A DNA stretch of 64,000 bases, from assembly GCF_001194135.2 (NCBI RefSeq), contig NC_068990.1, positions 69,078,791 through 69,142,790 on the forward strand, read 5' to 3'. How positions within the stretch are numbered: the stretch's first letter is position 1; the number at the start of each line of letters is the position of its first letter. This DNA comes from Octopus bimaculoides (Eukaryota). The notes beneath the pieces are model-generated. The model saw only the letters and a program-made list of their open reading frames with translations. It was not told where the DNA came from and did no database searches. The position numbers were made by a program, and so were the translations under genes. This document shows, in pieces, positions 63,891-64,000 of this stretch.

Positions 63891-64000
63891 TTGTTGGCAC
63901 TCCGTCGCTTACGACGTCGAGGGTTCCAGTTGATCCGATCAACGGAACAGCCTGCTCGTGAAATTAACGTGCAAGTGACTGAGCACTCCACAGACACGTG
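63891..64000 (-). mobile_element. SINE family C 3' end, continues beyond the window
   Basis: GTTGGCACTCCGTCGCTTACGACGTCGAGGGTTCCAG is the near-exact reverse complement of 39504-39540. Confidence 0.9.

Overview
Repeat-dense, AT-rich eukaryotic DNA from a gapped short-read assembly with many N runs. Its SINE, LINE and microsatellite content points to a coleoid cephalopod, most likely Octopus (inference from recalled repeat families). No intact host protein-coding gene can be supported. Nearly all long ORFs in the track are artefacts of microsatellites or N gaps. Recognisable coding remnants are all from transposons: a CR1-group LINE 3' end, an R4/Dong LINE, an RTE 3' end and two RTE 5' ends, Tx1/L1 ORF1 and ORF2 pieces, a maT (DD37D) transposase and two mariner transposases. 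There are also three tRNA-derived SINE families and hAT/Tigger MITEs. The main unexplained signal is a set of self-cleaving ribozyme folds, all assigned by hand. (1) A dispersed non-coding repeat of about 200 bp carries a type I hammerhead. One copy is fully foldable (58694-58772) and sits in a tandem dimer with predicted cleavage sites 233 nt apart, like a retrozyme or Penelope terminal repeat. (2) Two minimal hammerhead relics have a palindromic stem III (60869-60915, 56528-56570). (3) Two RTE 5' ends together reconstruct most of an HDV-like double pseudoknot (53141-53322, 59828-59979). No activity or expression is shown by the sequence alone.
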